A stretch of DNA of 62,587 nt, filler included, from Stramenopiles sp. TOSAG23-2 (Eukaryota), in assembly GCA_900128395.1 (NCBI GenBank). It is 42 parts of 42 records of this genome, joined end to end, with 100 filler letters (N's around TTAATTAATTAA, not from the genome) between each part and the next. Parts side by side here need not be neighbours in the genome. Positions count along the whole stretch, not along the records: positions 35,908 to 37,300 come from LT653010.1; positions 37,401 to 38,792 come from LT653011.1; positions 38,893 to 40,284 come from LT653012.1; positions 40,385 to 41,775 come from LT653013.1; positions 41,876 to 43,265 come from LT653014.1; positions 43,366 to 44,755 come from LT653015.1; positions 44,856 to 46,245 come from LT653016.1; positions 46,346 to 47,735 come from LT653017.1; 34 more parts are not named here. One strand, written 5' to 3'. Each line of letters opens with the position of its first letter. Position 1 is the stretch's first letter. The position numbers and the translations under genes are program-made. Below the pieces are notes generated by a model that made no database searches, had not been told where the DNA came from, and saw only the letters and a program-made list of their open reading frames with translations. Below are positions 36,374-49,325 of this stretch, piece after piece.

Positions 36374-37300
36374 TCATTTTAAACTACTCCATTCACCAAG
36401 CTTTTCATAATTTTGAACTTGCAAATAACGATCAGTTGGATGATCGTTATTGATTTCTAAAATCCAATATCGTTTATGCTCCATTGCAATATTTTCTTTT
36501 GTTGCATCGGATAGACCACGTTCAATATCAATAACGAGCCTTGCTCGTTCTAAAAGCCAACGTTTTTCTGCTTGCTCAACTATTCTCGAATATGTATCCC
36601 CCATTTTTGCAATTAACATATTAACTAATACCAAACTTAACAAGAATATATATAGCAACGCTAAGCCAGTGGCAACATGTGGGTATCGTTTGCTACTATA
36701 CGATGAAATATCGAAATCACCTAATATATTTGCCATCATATCAACAACTTGTGCACCCAAGCTACCAATACCTTCTTCTTCCCCAAGTAAATGAAATGCA
36801 GTGGAAAATCCACCTAAAAAAACAAATGATATCAATGAAAATGTTTTTAAATCTGATATTATCATCTTATGCAATATAATAACAAAGATACCAATATCGG
36901 GAGACATTCCAACAAAAAACCATAACAAATTAATCCATGCTGCAATATTTAAACTTGCCAATATTGCATCTTCTTCATGAGCTTCAATATTAAAAAAAAC
37001 GCGGAAAATAAAGAGTGCAAATACAGTCACAATGCAAAATGCACTTGCAACATTCTCAAAAACAGCAGCTCCTTGCGCGGTGAAATGTTGCAAAACGCCA
37101 TGAAAATGCATTTCTTTCAATTCTTCAAGGGATTTATAAAAGGCTAGTAAAACTGCAAGAATTTCAAATATATATCTACATTTTACATAATTACTAATGG
37201 AGCCATTGCTCCATATTTGAAAAAAAGAATTAAAAGAAAGTGTTGTGTTGTTGTCTATACTTTCTTCCATACGAGGCAACATACTAACCAAAAAAATGGA
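36374..37300 (-). CDS. TRP-family (TRPV/TRPA-like) cation channel, TM/pore region and C-terminus (5' partial)
   Basis: GIFVIILHKMIISDL, FLGGFSTAF, pore ILGDFD, S6 LVLVNMLIAKMGDTY, TRP-box-like WLLERA. Confidence 0.9.
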   Translation of the reverse strand, partial: SIFLVSMLPRMEESIDNNTTLSFNSFFQIWSNGSISNYVKCRYIFEILAVLLAFYKSLEELKEMHFHGVLQHFTAQGAAVFENVASAFCIVTVFALFIFRVFFNIEAHEEDAILASLNIAAWINLLWFFVGMSPDIGIFVIILHKMIISDLKTFSLISFVFLGGFSTAFHLLGEEEGIGSLGAQVVDMMANILGDFDISSYSSKRYPHVATGLALLYIFLLSLVLVNMLIAKMGDTYSRIVEQAEKRWLLERARLVIDIERGLSDATKENIAMEHKRYWILEINNDHPTDRYLQVQNYEKLGEWSSLK

Positions 37301-37991
37301 NNNNNNNNNNNNNNNNNNNNNNNNNNNNNNNNNNNNNNNNNNNNTTAATTAATTAANNNNNNNNNNNNNNNNNNNNNNNNNNNNNNNNNNNNNNNNNNNN
37401 AGTCTGTATTAGTGATATATTATATGACAGTATGTATGGCAAAAAGAAATAATAAATCATGAAGGGATATATCTTCTTCTTTGTTTTTCTTCTTCTTGCA
37501 ACTCTTCTTCTTCTTTGAAGAATGCTGGAATAATGATGATGAGATAACCAGAAGAAGAAACCTACACCAGTAACAACCAGTAAATTTCTGCCCAAAACAG
37601 TGGGGTTGAAATAAGTATAGACTTAGTATACTATAGATATTTGATAGGTAGATCTTGGAGATTATAAATCCATAAAATCCAAAAATGGCCAATGTTAATT
37701 GGATGAAAATATCTAGAATATCCGAAGTGCATTATTAACAAAACAGGTTAATATAATAGTGTGTCGGCATGTCGGCATGTCGGCACTACTCCACACAGCA
37801 CTAGATCTCTCTGTGTCGTATTTGACAAAGATAGTATACTTATTTAGATATTTAGAAACATAATAGATAGATCAGTTCGTATACATAATATATATATATA
37901 TATATATATATCGAATACACACATATATATATATAAGGAAACAAAAAGATACAAAAAGAAGAAGAAGAAATAAAACGTATAAAGATAAACT

Positions 37992-38525
37992 ATGCCAGCA
38001 TACCATTCATCGTTTAATGAACAAGATGGTGATTTTAAACAAGCATGTTCAGTCACATTATTACCTTTAAAAACAAGTGTACGTGGTCCTGCACCAAAAT
38101 TAGCAGAAGGTGAAACTAAAGATATTATTGATGAATGTTTAACTTTTTTCCGTGCAAATATGTTTTTTAGCGCATTTGATGTTAAAGGAGGATCGGATCG
38201 TTTGTTGATTTACTTAACATTATATGCAGCGCAATGTATTAAACGTTGCCAAAAAATAAAAAATAAAAAAGAAGGGGAGAAAATATTATATAATTTAGCA
38301 AATGAAAGTTTTGCAATTCCAGGACAAAATGGATGGAAATTAGGTGGATATTTCGCCACACCAAAAACATCAAAAGAAGGTGAACAATTGCGTTCGTATT
38401 TAAAACAGGCAAGGGAAGAACTTAGTTCACGAATTGTAGTCAAATTATACAGTGAAGATGGAACACAAAATAAATGGTGGATGCAATATGGAAAGAGAGA
38501 TTTTATGGGAATCAAATTGCATTAA
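37992..38525 (+). CDS. ARPC3: Arp2/3 complex 21-kDa subunit, complete
   Basis: MPAYHSSF, LLPLKT..RGPAP, DIIDE..FFRAN, DRLLIYLTLY, KWW..GKRDFM. Confidence 0.98.
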   Translation: MPAYHSSFNEQDGDFKQACSVTLLPLKTSVRGPAPKLAEGETKDIIDECLTFFRANMFFSAFDVKGGSDRLLIYLTLYAAQCIKRCQKIKNKKEGEKILYNLANESFAIPGQNGWKLGGYFATPKTSKEGEQLRSYLKQAREELSSRIVVKLYSEDGTQNKWWMQYGKRDFMGIKLH

Positions 38526-39249
38526 AGATTGTAAAATATTTTATTAAATTTACGAAAATATTTTACACATTCATTATTTTTGAACACACAAAATATAAAT
38601 AACGTGAAAGAAAAATATTCGTCATATTATTGAAAAAAATGTAAAATGGGCTCGCAACAAAAAGTATTTTTTGTTCAGACAAGGGGAGAATAAAATGCAA
38701 TGTAATTAGTTAATATATTTTATAATACGTAAAATAACGTAATGTATTAAATCTAAAAAAGTTCTTTACTCTACATGTGTAGATATAGAAAGNNNNNNNN
38801 NNNNNNNNNNNNNNNNNNNNNNNNNNNNNNNNNNNNTTAATTAATTAANNNNNNNNNNNNNNNNNNNNNNNNNNNNNNNNNNNNNNNNNNNNAAAGCTAA
38901 CACTCTTTTTTTAAAGTATCATAAAAGATGTACAAACTTCAAAGTACGAAGTAACATAGTATGAGTATGATATCATTAAACAAGCCTTCAATTCGTATAC
39001 GATATATATTGATATTAATTGATATAGATGTCAACCAGTGTGTAAAATGTTTTTTCGAGATCATCTTTTTATAAATATTATCATACAAAGCTTTGTTTGA
39101 TAATTTAGAATATGATATGTCATATGACCCACGAGCGATAAGATCAGGAGGATCAATAAAAAAAAGTACTATATAATAGGGTATATTTAAGTACAATATT
39201 TAGTATTCTAATCTATACATTTATACCACTTTAACATATATATTTCTAC

Positions 39250-39326
39250 TTTTTATTGAAAAACATGTGTTTTGTTGTTGAAAATGGTTTTTATTGAAAA
39301 ACATGTGTTTTGTTGTTGAAAATGGT
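39250..39326 (+). repeat. ~39-bp tandem duplication
   Basis: TTTTATTGAAAAACATGTGTTTTGTTGTTGAAAATGGT occurs twice. Confidence 0.85.
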
Positions 39327-39504
39327 ATCAAGTACTTTGCTTTTTTTTTAAATTTCTCTCTCTTCTCCTCCCCCTACGAATCATCAGAATCACTGCTATC
39401 ACTACTATCGTCATCATCGTTGTCGTAAGAAGATTCATCTGGTTCACTTTCTGATTCTGGCATTAAACCCGTGATCTGCAATAAGTATCATATTTGATTC
39501 CGAG

Positions 39505-40284
39505 TTGCAATTTTTAAAAACATATTTAGAATCCTTAGCAGCTTCCATCTCACCTTTTGATACAAAACCTGTTAAGATATGTTTGATATTGTCAAACGAA
39601 CATGCAAAATATATTTTGTCATATGAAATTCAAAAGATCTTGCAATATCTCAACGAGAAATTAAATGTCAAAGTCTACATATATAAACAACCTGGTTATA
39701 ATTTGTATAAATTTCCATTTATAAAGTTACAAACATGCATACAGAATATGAAAAACTTAAAACAAGACGATGTAATATTTAGCACTGATATATATTCTAA
39801 ATATTCTCCATTAATCTATAACACTTTAAAATTGCAAGTTCAATGTAATGAACGAATTTCATATCCAATTTTATCGCATCGCGGTGGGCATGATATTTCA
39901 CACGTTGCTTCATGTGTTGGTGACATGGTACATGCGCTGTGATAAATACTAACGGTAATTTTAATTTGGACAAGGGCAAGAAAGATCGTATTACCAAGAA
40001 AATTTTTTTTTCTGGCAAAACAAAAACACTAGGTAATGTGTATGATGCTATAGCTATATTAATTCCAGTTGGAATTGAAAAATTGAAAGAAAATAATATT
40101 ATTAAAGCATTTATTTATTCTATTGATTTACTACGTATAAAGTCTATCTTGATCAATGGGGCATTTGTAAATGCAAATATTGGTGATGAAGTATACTTTA
40201 ATATTTACAGTGATGAAGATCATCAAAAGAAAAAAATACACAACGTTTTGCGCCTATGTTTAGTATATGGTAATCATCGAACTG
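39505..40284 (+). pseudogene. Frameshifted GT-A glycosyltransferase-like fragment (chondroitin synthase/GT7-like)
   Basis: DDVIFSTDIY...NERISYPIL resembles the CHGN FxDxD...VYFPI region. The two track ORFs join if a duplicated GC in CATGCGCTGTG (~39935) is removed. Confidence 0.4.
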
Positions 40285-40384
40285 NNNNNNNNNNNNNNNN
40301 NNNNNNNNNNNNNNNNNNNNNNNNNNNNTTAATTAATTAANNNNNNNNNNNNNNNNNNNNNNNNNNNNNNNNNNNNNNNNNNNN

Positions 40385-41258
40385 CTTTTGGTCCATCCCC
40401 AGTATTTTTAAGGGATGGACGATTATCAATTTTTACTTGTTGCATCAATGATATCGGGCGTATTATGAAATATGGATGATTATTGACTCTATCATCTTGG
40501 CCATTTGTTGATGAAAATAAATTCTTGAAAAAATATTGATCATGTTGATTAGGATTTCCACATGCAAAATATACCCCTAACCGTTTTAATTCTAAAACTT
40601 TGTAAATTTCACCTTTGCTTTTATCACCTTCCACAAAAACTTCTTTCCATTTTTCGTTAGTGCTAACGATTTTAATACTTTGCAAGATGATACCAAATGC
40701 AAATCCATTTGGTGTTATTTGTTGTTGATCTCTTAATTGAATATGTAAATTTTTAATTTTGATCTGTAAATTATTTACTACCTTTGTTATTAATTTTGCT
40801 AAGAATCCACTTGTTTTTTCATCACCTTTATTGATCCCTTTCTTACTATTTATGATATCTTCTTCGACAGATTTATCAATATCTTCCAATAATTTCCCTT
40901 TCGCAGCTTTTGCTGTATCAGTTGCTTGTTTATCTGCTTTGTTATCAGTTTTGGAATCTTCTTCACTTCCATAATTAACAGATGGTTCTACTGTACAAAA
41001 AATATCTTCAATTGATAATACTACAGCTTCTGTACTTAACGACTTCCAAGGAATTATTAATGACAATTTACTAACACGACCATCAATAACTTTCACTGGT
41101 AAATTGAGTGCTTGCAATGCGTCCGTTTTCAACGCAAGATTTTCCAATTCAACTTTACCACTCCATAAGGATACAGCGACATTATCTGGATCCACATTAA
41201 CATATTTCCCAACATGTTCTTTTAATAAATTTGCTACTAATTCTTTTGATCCAAACAT
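40385..41258 (-). CDS. VPS13: VPS13-family lipid transfer protein, chorein-N domain (3' partial)
   Basis: LLKEHVGKYV, VSLWSGKVELENLALK..AL..LNLPV, IPWKSL, KVVNNLQIKIKNLHI, FAFGIIL. Confidence 0.95.
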
Positions 41259-42353
41259 TGCTGCTGTTGTTGTTGTTTGGTTTGTATTCTTAAAAAAATA
41301 TCACACACACACACACCGTTGCTGTTGCTACTGACGACATTTTTTGTGTTTTTTTTTTAATGTTTGTTTTCAATAATATATACGTAAAAAAATAGAAGAA
41401 TCAATTTATATATGATATCACACACACACACACACACAAAAACACACAAGACAGACAGACACTATATAATTATAGAACGATCTTATCTATTTATTATGTT
41501 TTCAAATATAATATGTCTATGTATCTATCTTACATCTGCATGATGCTTATCTCTCCCGTCCTTTGCTTATTATTATTTCATTCATTTTTATTATTCTAGA
41601 TTATTTTTTATCTCTTCTTTTTTGGAGGAATTTTGATGCTCGATTGGCAACTTTGCCTGGATTTCATATACAATCAAAAGTACGAAAAGTAGTAGAAGTT
41701 CATGGTAGTGTATATTGTCGATCATTCCCCTTAAAAATTAGTAGTGAAAAAACGTGAATCTGTAAGGTGCTCGATNNNNNNNNNNNNNNNNNNNNNNNNN
41801 NNNNNNNNNNNNNNNNNNNTTAATTAATTAANNNNNNNNNNNNNNNNNNNNNNNNNNNNNNNNNNNNNNNNNNNNTAGAACAATATAAAAAAGATGGATC
41901 AAACGGGTATCAACAAGTGGAAGGGATGGAGATATGGGCATAATAAAACGTAGAGCCATAGTTATAATTTTTAATTATATAATTTACGCATTAATTTATT
42001 TTTAATTTACTCATGATAATTCCTACTCTTCAAAAGAATAAAATAACTGAAATAATCTATCTCACACAAGTGTAGTGTGTTGATATTCTCATAATCGAAA
42101 ATACCAATGAAGGTAGATAGATAGTATCAACTAAATTATATATACGAATGGCATGATTGAAGATTGAAATGATGTATGCTTAAAGTCTAGGACCTAGATT
42201 AATGTATGCTGATATTTATTAAACACTTCGTATATATATATATATAATATATATTATATATACGAGTATATATATTAATGCTCTCAATAAATGCGCGAAG
42301 AATATACATAATATGACACATGGAGTGTGTAAATAATGTGATTCTTACATATG

Positions 42354-42746
42354 TTACTTTTCTTCTAAAAATTTCAGAAAAAATAAATTATTACCAAATG
42401 GATCACACACCGCTGTAAGACGCGCACCCCAAGATTGATTTTCAGGTTCTGTTGCTACAATCCCTTTCTCAGTAATCTCTTTGTATATTTTATCTACATC
42501 ATCCACATTAAAAGAAATATGATCAATTCCACACAAATTATTTCCAATTGATTTTGCATCACGTGGTTGCTGCTTTGCTTCGTTTGCAGTCTCGAATATA
42601 AACAATACAGCATCGCCTTGTTTCATAGACCAACCTTTATTTTCTGCATCTTCATAATTTTTTTCAAAACCTAATTTTTGATAAAATTCCACTGCTACAT
42701 TTAAATCTGTTACAGCAATTCCAATGTTATCTATACGAAATGGCAT
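42354..42746 (-). CDS. VOC/glyoxalase-family protein, complete
   Basis: IDNIGIAVTDL..AVEFY.KLGF, GIDHISFNVDDVD, WGAR....DPFGN. Confidence 0.92.
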   Translation of the reverse strand: MPFRIDNIGIAVTDLNVAVEFYQKLGFEKNYEDAENKGWSMKQGDAVLFIFETANEAKQQPRDAKSIGNNLCGIDHISFNVDDVDKIYKEITEKGIVATEPENQSWGARLTAVCDPFGNNLFFLKFLEEK

Positions 42747-44544
42747 GGTATATAATCTGTGTTATATAGTTGTAGAAATATGTAAGAAGGTAATAAATAG
42801 ACGATAAATACATACATTCATGTATTATATATATATATATATTACTTTTTTATATTCTATACACCACAAGCATATATTATTAATATTTATATATAATATC
42901 TATTTTTAATAGTCTTCAGTATTATTTATAGCTTATTGTTGAAGTATAGAAGTAATATACATCCTCGTATACCAATACATAGAAAGAGATATATTAATAT
43001 ACCGTGTTAAACAACCTTATATAACGTGTTACTATTGAAAAATATGATAATCATCCTGGGAATTTCTTCGGAAATTTTCATATTACTACACCCATAATCA
43101 ACAAATAATTGCACATTATTTTTGATGATGAAGAATGTAAAAATTGATACAAAAGAAATATATATAAAAAGCTATAACCACCAGTACTGATGTATATAGA
43201 TACATGTATATATATATAACAGATATATATAAAGAGAGAGATCGTCTCTTTTTTCCAACAAATAANNNNNNNNNNNNNNNNNNNNNNNNNNNNNNNNNNN
43301 NNNNNNNNNTTAATTAATTAANNNNNNNNNNNNNNNNNNNNNNNNNNNNNNNNNNNNNNNNNNNNATCTTGAATATATTATATATATATGTATTATTATT
43401 TAATTTTAACAGTATTAGGTGAATTAAAAGTAAAAAAACAAATGAAATGAAACAAAACAATAAGATTGATATATATCTATCTATCTATATATATATTGTA
43501 ATGTCTTACATGTCAATACTCACACACACACAGATAGACAGAAGGGGGGGAAAGGCTAGTTTTTATTGATTTTTTGCACTTTTTATTGATTTTTATTGAT
43601 TTTTTAGCATGTAGTTAACATTGTTTCACATCAAAGCAATAAGTACGATAATTAAGCAATAATAGGGGAATCGAACATTAAATTAAAAAATAAAAGTACA
43701 ATTATATGTATACTATATGAATACGTGTGATTTTATGGTTGATTTAATATATACACAGCATTGATTATAAATTAGACTATGAAAAAACACGCCTATTGAT
43801 TTCCGCTCCGCGATTTAGATTGCTCTTTGAGTAAGTGTTAGTAGGTACACAGCATTAGTGGATACTCGTGCGTGGAAAACATTTTTGATTTTTTAAGACA
43901 CATTCACATACAATACACCAACACAGCATTGTTGTGCATTTTAACAAAGAGAATCTCTTTGATTTTAAAGACAAAATACAAAAAATACAAAATACTTTTT
44001 TAGATCACAATTAGCACATACACAGTATTGAATTTAGAATTAGCATATACACAGCATTATGGTTTGGATATTGTAATAGGAACACCAAGTCTACTACCAT
44101 TTATACTTAAATATCGGGAAACGGCTCGTTTATTTTTACATTTTTACCTTTCAGAAACAACAACCAACAAACAGAAATGTAGGAGGATCCTGAATATAAT
44201 TTTAATAGACACAGTAGTCGCGATATAACAATATGTAGTATAATATTGTAATATACTTAAACAATATAATACCTATGAATAACACAAATAAATCCATTGT
44301 TTATACTGTCCTTATGTAAAAGTTTTGTAGTTATTTTCTGTATTTGCTAGGTAATATAGTGATTACATATACTAATATTTATACCATAAAAACTGGTCCA
44401 ATTGATGTACATGTAAAAATGATATGAGGATAATATGAATGGTAACAAATGGTACACATGTATATATATATATATATACATGTAGAGATGAATCAATGAC
44501 AGAGTGCGATACATATATATCATACCAGTTGGATATATAACCAA

Positions 44545-44755
44545 TCAACGTTTTATTTTGTAGGATAAACATTCAACGTTTTATTTTGAATTATTGTACT
44601 TTGGAAGAGAAGTGAATATTAACAGTACAGACAGTATATAGATTGAACGTTTTATTTTGATCATTTGGAATTACTGTACTTTGTAAGAGAAGTGAATAAG
44701 TATATCTATAATATATAGATTCATTGAACGTTTTATTTTGATCATTTGGAATTAG
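44545..44755 (+). repeat. Degenerate tandem repeat running off the contig end
   Basis: AACGTTTTATTTTG occurs four times and TGTACTTTGnAAGAGAAGTGAATA twice. Confidence 0.8.
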
Positions 44756-45881
44756 NNNNNNNNNNNNNNNNNNNNNNNNNNNNNNNNNNNNNNNNNNNNT
44801 TAATTAATTAANNNNNNNNNNNNNNNNNNNNNNNNNNNNNNNNNNNNNNNNNNNNAATTAATGGAAAGTGAAATTTTAAGACGTAAAATGAAGTTAGTGA
44901 AAAAGAAATACGGTACACGATGAGATTAATTTGTACTCGTGCCACGAACTACTCGTAATCTAAATTACGTTCGTCATTCTTTACGTACTGAGAGAATATA
45001 TGTGAGTCCATTTGTTGAGAGTTCGTACGAAGTATGACCTAAAAATTTTTTTATACACCTTTTCTCTTTTTTAAAATTTTATACGAGTCGTACTTCGTAC
45101 GAAGTATATACGTCGTAAAATTTTTGACTCTCTCTCTCTTACAACATTTTATTAATACTACCGTGTAATGTAAACGATCTATTCTATAGATGTTAAAATG
45201 TAGTGTACACACTTCAATACTACCTTACGGTTTTCCCAGTAATATTATCCAAATACGGCCGTATCCTCGTTTTATAACTCTTCAAAAAGTCCTAAAAAGT
45301 TTACTTTACGTCTTTTTTTTGTTTTCATCTTTTTTACATGTTGTCTGTTGGTTTTAATATTTTTCTGTGCTATATGATTATTAGTATTATTATTATTATG
45401 ACGATGGTCAACTTTTCTTCCAAATGTCAATCTAGATTTTTTATTTCTACGATTATTGTTTCCCAATTTGCTTTTGACAATGGAAACAGTATGTCCGTGG
45501 TTTAATAAAATTTATCCCTCTCTGCGTATATATATATAAGCCTTTATCGATATGAATGTCTTATGTATATGTATGTACGTTTGTTAATTTTATTCTATCT
45601 CTGTATGATTGTAATACAAAGTGGTCGATGATATCAATAATTATATATATAAATTCAGTAATGCAATAATAAATGTGTACCACAGGTGTCCCTTACTTAC
45701 ATCACCACCATAAATTTATAAAAATCGTCGATAAAAATAATAAAAAGGTGTGTGATCCAGGTTAAGGTGATGAAGTTGTATCCTATCAAATGACACATAA
45801 TTTATACTTGAGAAGTAAATTAGAGTATAATAGTAAATTTAGTATTTTTTGCATGTGTGTCATTGGTCTAATTGGGTGTCA

Positions 45882-46111
45882 TTGGCCTCTCCGCAAATCC
45901 CCGTGGGGACAAAAACTTAATTCCCAGACTCTGATGCAATGATAGGTGATGTTAGATAGTATTTAGATGTTAAGATTTTGTCCCCGAGTTTTATCCCCGA
46001 GTTTAATACATCATTTAGTATGATATAGCAGGCCAGCTGTCTATTTCACTAAGACAGGGGGACAAAAACTCGGGGACAAAATCTTGATATTTATCGCTGC
46101 GGAGAGGCCAA
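45882..46111. mobile_element. Intact 230-bp MITE with perfect 14-bp terminal inverted repeats (TIRs) and 8-bp TSD
   Basis: TIRs TTGGCCTCTCCGCA / TGCGGAGAGGCCAA. TSD GGGTGTCA at 45874..45881 and 46112..46119. Internal GGGGACAAAA repeats in both orientations. Confidence 0.92.
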
Positions 46112-46345
46112 GGGTGTCACGGTTGTTCGAATATACGAATATATATTATGATCTCTAACTAGCAATGTGGATACAAGACATATCAAAATCAATACAGATG
46201 TATAGATAATAGTACTAAGTATATGCACTCCCCGTTCCCCCCATCNNNNNNNNNNNNNNNNNNNNNNNNNNNNNNNNNNNNNNNNNNNNTTAATTAATTA
46301 ANNNNNNNNNNNNNNNNNNNNNNNNNNNNNNNNNNNNNNNNNNNN

Positions 46346-46766
46346 ACTTTCCAACTTCATGCCAAACAACGATCGATTTGATTTTACTGCTTCACGTAAA
46401 ATAATATTTAACTCATCTTGTGAATTTACAGGTCTTTCCACTCGTTTTGGGGATTTTGGTGATGATTTAGGTGATCGCGGAGATGATTTTCCTTGTTTCT
46501 TCTTTGTACTTTTTAACTCCTTATTTGCATCTTTAAATGTAGTTTGTCTAATCGATCGTTGTATTTCCTCGATAATTATACTATTGGAAATTCGATCTTT
46601 CATTGCTATTGACAATGCTTTTCGAAATGTAACTGCACCTTTGCTACGAAATCCTAAATGTTCCTCTTGACATGCTTTGTTGTAATATGCAATGGCAAGC
46701 AATGCATTTGGATCTTTATCATTCACAATTGCAGCACGCTTTGGTGAAGATTTACTACTATCGATG
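46346..46766 (-). CDS. Fragment of TPR-like helix-containing protein
   Basis: LLAIAYYNKACQEEHLG...AVTFRKALSIA, open to the contig edge. The 5' boundary is a guess at an acceptor site. Confidence 0.5.
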
Positions 46767-47433
46767 CTATTATATGTATTTATATAATGTAATTATATTA
46801 TTTGTTAATAGTATGAATATAAAAATATGATGTTTATATTGAATCTGTTTACAAATGTAGAACGACGGAAGCGAATATAATATATAATATATCTATACAA
46901 TTCCTTGTTCTAATATAAAAATCATACGAGTATACATAGATGTATGTATATCTTGTAACGATTAAAAAAAGATAATGATGATACAAAATACAAATACGAG
47001 TATATAGCGTCTATCTGTACTTGTCCGTAGTATTATATATACGGGAGTATGGTACTTGAATAATCTTATATTAACATGCAGTAGGGATCCACGATCCACT
47101 AGTCGTCTATATAGACTGCATCGTTCCATCGTCCATACATCAAGCCTTACAAAGGCAAGTAACTGCTCCCAAATACCTTAACACACACTGCTGGACTGCA
47201 TTGCAGAAGGAAGATATCATTGGTAGATTGGTAGCTCTACTATACTAGGTAATATAAAAATTATAAACTCACACACTTCTTCTTTTTGACGATAGAATAT
47301 ATATATATTGTAGTGTCACATATGTACATATATCAAGATATGTATACATGGACTTGAATCGTATATACATTGGATGAACAGATACAGTAGAAATATATGT
47401 AACATATATAACATAGGATATAGTTATTAAAAG

Positions 47434-47735
47434 ATGACGACGAAGATTCATCCAGCAAATACACCACCAATATTAAATAAAGGTGGGGAATGGAAACAGG
47501 ATGAAAATAATGACGATAACGATGAATTTCGTGAATATATGATATCACGTGATAAAATGGAAGAAAATTTTCTAAAAGATAATGACAAAGCACAGTTAGA
47601 ATATTTACGTCTAACATTTTTACAAGATAAAGAAGCTTTATCGTTAATTGAACGTGATACGGAGATGAGAATACAACGTGTGTCTCAAAGCCACTTATAT
47701 TATTTTCCATCTCGACTGAATAAGCATCCAACCAG
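47434..47735 (+). CDS. N-terminus of unknown protein
   Basis: ATG MTTKIHPANT..., open to the contig edge. Confidence 0.6.
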
Positions 47736-48057
47736 NNNNNNNNNNNNNNNNNNNNNNNNNNNNNNNNNNNNNNNNNNNNTTAATTAATTAANNNNNNNNN
47801 NNNNNNNNNNNNNNNNNNNNNNNNNNNNNNNNNNNAACTTTTTTAAAAAATAATATTTTTTATTTTTTACGAGAGAGATATATATTTTTTTAAAATAAAT
47901 TAAATCAAATTATTAAAATACGACTCGTATCAAATAATAATTATTTAAATATTGATATACTTTTTAAAATTCTACTACGGCTTCGTACACGATAAATACA
48001 CTACTCTTCGTCAAAATATTTTTTTTAAAAATACGAGTACGATTCGTATAATTTCTT

Positions 48058-49044
48058 TTACAAATCACTATTATATTTCGTCGACTTCTTCTGTTTCTTC
48101 TTATTTTTCTTTTTATTTCTTTGTTTTCTTTTTTTACTACTACTACTACCACTACTACTACCACCAGCATTATTATCACCTTCATCATCTTTTAAATTAG
48201 ATGCCCATGTATCAATATTTTCAGAAAATTTTTCTAAAATACGACCCCATTCTTTAATATGATGATTGTTTGTAAATAAATTTTCTTCATCATCATCACC
48301 ACTATTACTTTTACCACCTTTTAATTCTTCATATGCTGCATTGACTTTCATCATTTGATCTTCACATTGTTTACCAGGCATTTTGCATTTATCTGGATGA
48401 TATATTCTAGACTCACGTCTATATGCATTTTTAATGTCACTTTCTGATGCACCATATGCAACATTTAATACATCATATGGACTTTCCATTTCACCCATGA
48501 AACCAACTTTTCGTATAACATATGGTCCATGTTGAAAAAATCCCCAACAACCACCAACTAAAAAGATCGATAATGCTAAAAATGAAAAGCAACATTGAAA
48601 ACAGGTAATTTCCACGCCTTGCCTCGATGGGACGTCACGATTTGCAGCTGCTAAATAATAACGCAATAAACATGAATCCAATGCCCAACCAATACCAAAA
48701 AATCCAAAGGTACAAGCATATAATGCACCATGTGCTGGACGGCCTAAATAAAAATGATGTGCACCACACCAACCAAAACATAACCATAAATATGTTACAA
48801 GTGTACGACTTTTCACTTGTGCACGCTTACCTTGATCGACATCTAAATGTATATCACCTTCCATCGTTGGTGGCCATATACAATGTTCAATTGCTTTTAT
48901 CATACCATAAAATGAAAATAATGAATAGGATGGTGGTTGTTTATTATTATTATTTGGCATTTTATTATTATTATTATTATTATTATTCTGATTTTTGGTT
49001 GATTTTGATGACCTAGGTGTTGATTTTGTTCTTTCTTTCACCAT
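48058..49044 (-). CDS. TM2-domain plus DnaJ-domain protein (DNAJC22-like architecture), complete
   Basis: TM2 motif TYLWLCFGWCGAHHFYLGR...TFGFFGIGWALD. J-domain PYDVLNV...IKNAYR...YHPDK...VNAAYEEL. Confidence 0.9.
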   Translation of the reverse strand: MVKERTKSTPRSSKSTKNQNNNNNNNNKMPNNNNKQPPSYSLFSFYGMIKAIEHCIWPPTMEGDIHLDVDQGKRAQVKSRTLVTYLWLCFGWCGAHHFYLGRPAHGALYACTFGFFGIGWALDSCLLRYYLAAANRDVPSRQGVEITCFQCCFSFLALSIFLVGGCWGFFQHGPYVIRKVGFMGEMESPYDVLNVAYGASESDIKNAYRRESRIYHPDKCKMPGKQCEDQMMKVNAAYEELKGGKSNSGDDDEENLFTNNHHIKEWGRILEKFSENIDTWASNLKDDEGDNNAGGSSSGSSSSKKRKQRNKKKNKKKQKKSTKYNSDL

Positions 49045-49325
49045 ATATTGTGTTCTATCTTTATTATATATACTATTGCAAAACGTTATAATATGTATGT
49101 ATATATATATATATATAAACGTAGATTGTGGTAGTATATATATTATTGATGAGCATTGAATGATATTCTATTAAAAACGATGTATTACATATAGAGACGA
49201 CGACTATATTTGGTAATAATAATNNNNNNNNNNNNNNNNNNNNNNNNNNNNNNNNNNNNNNNNNNNNTTAATTAATTAANNNNNNNNNNNNNNNNNNNNN
49301 NNNNNNNNNNNNNNNNNNNNNNNAA

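Noticed and set aside
39939..39942. Prokaryote-style GTGA stop/start coupling
   Set aside because: Better explained by a 2-nt duplication frameshift within one eukaryotic reading frame.
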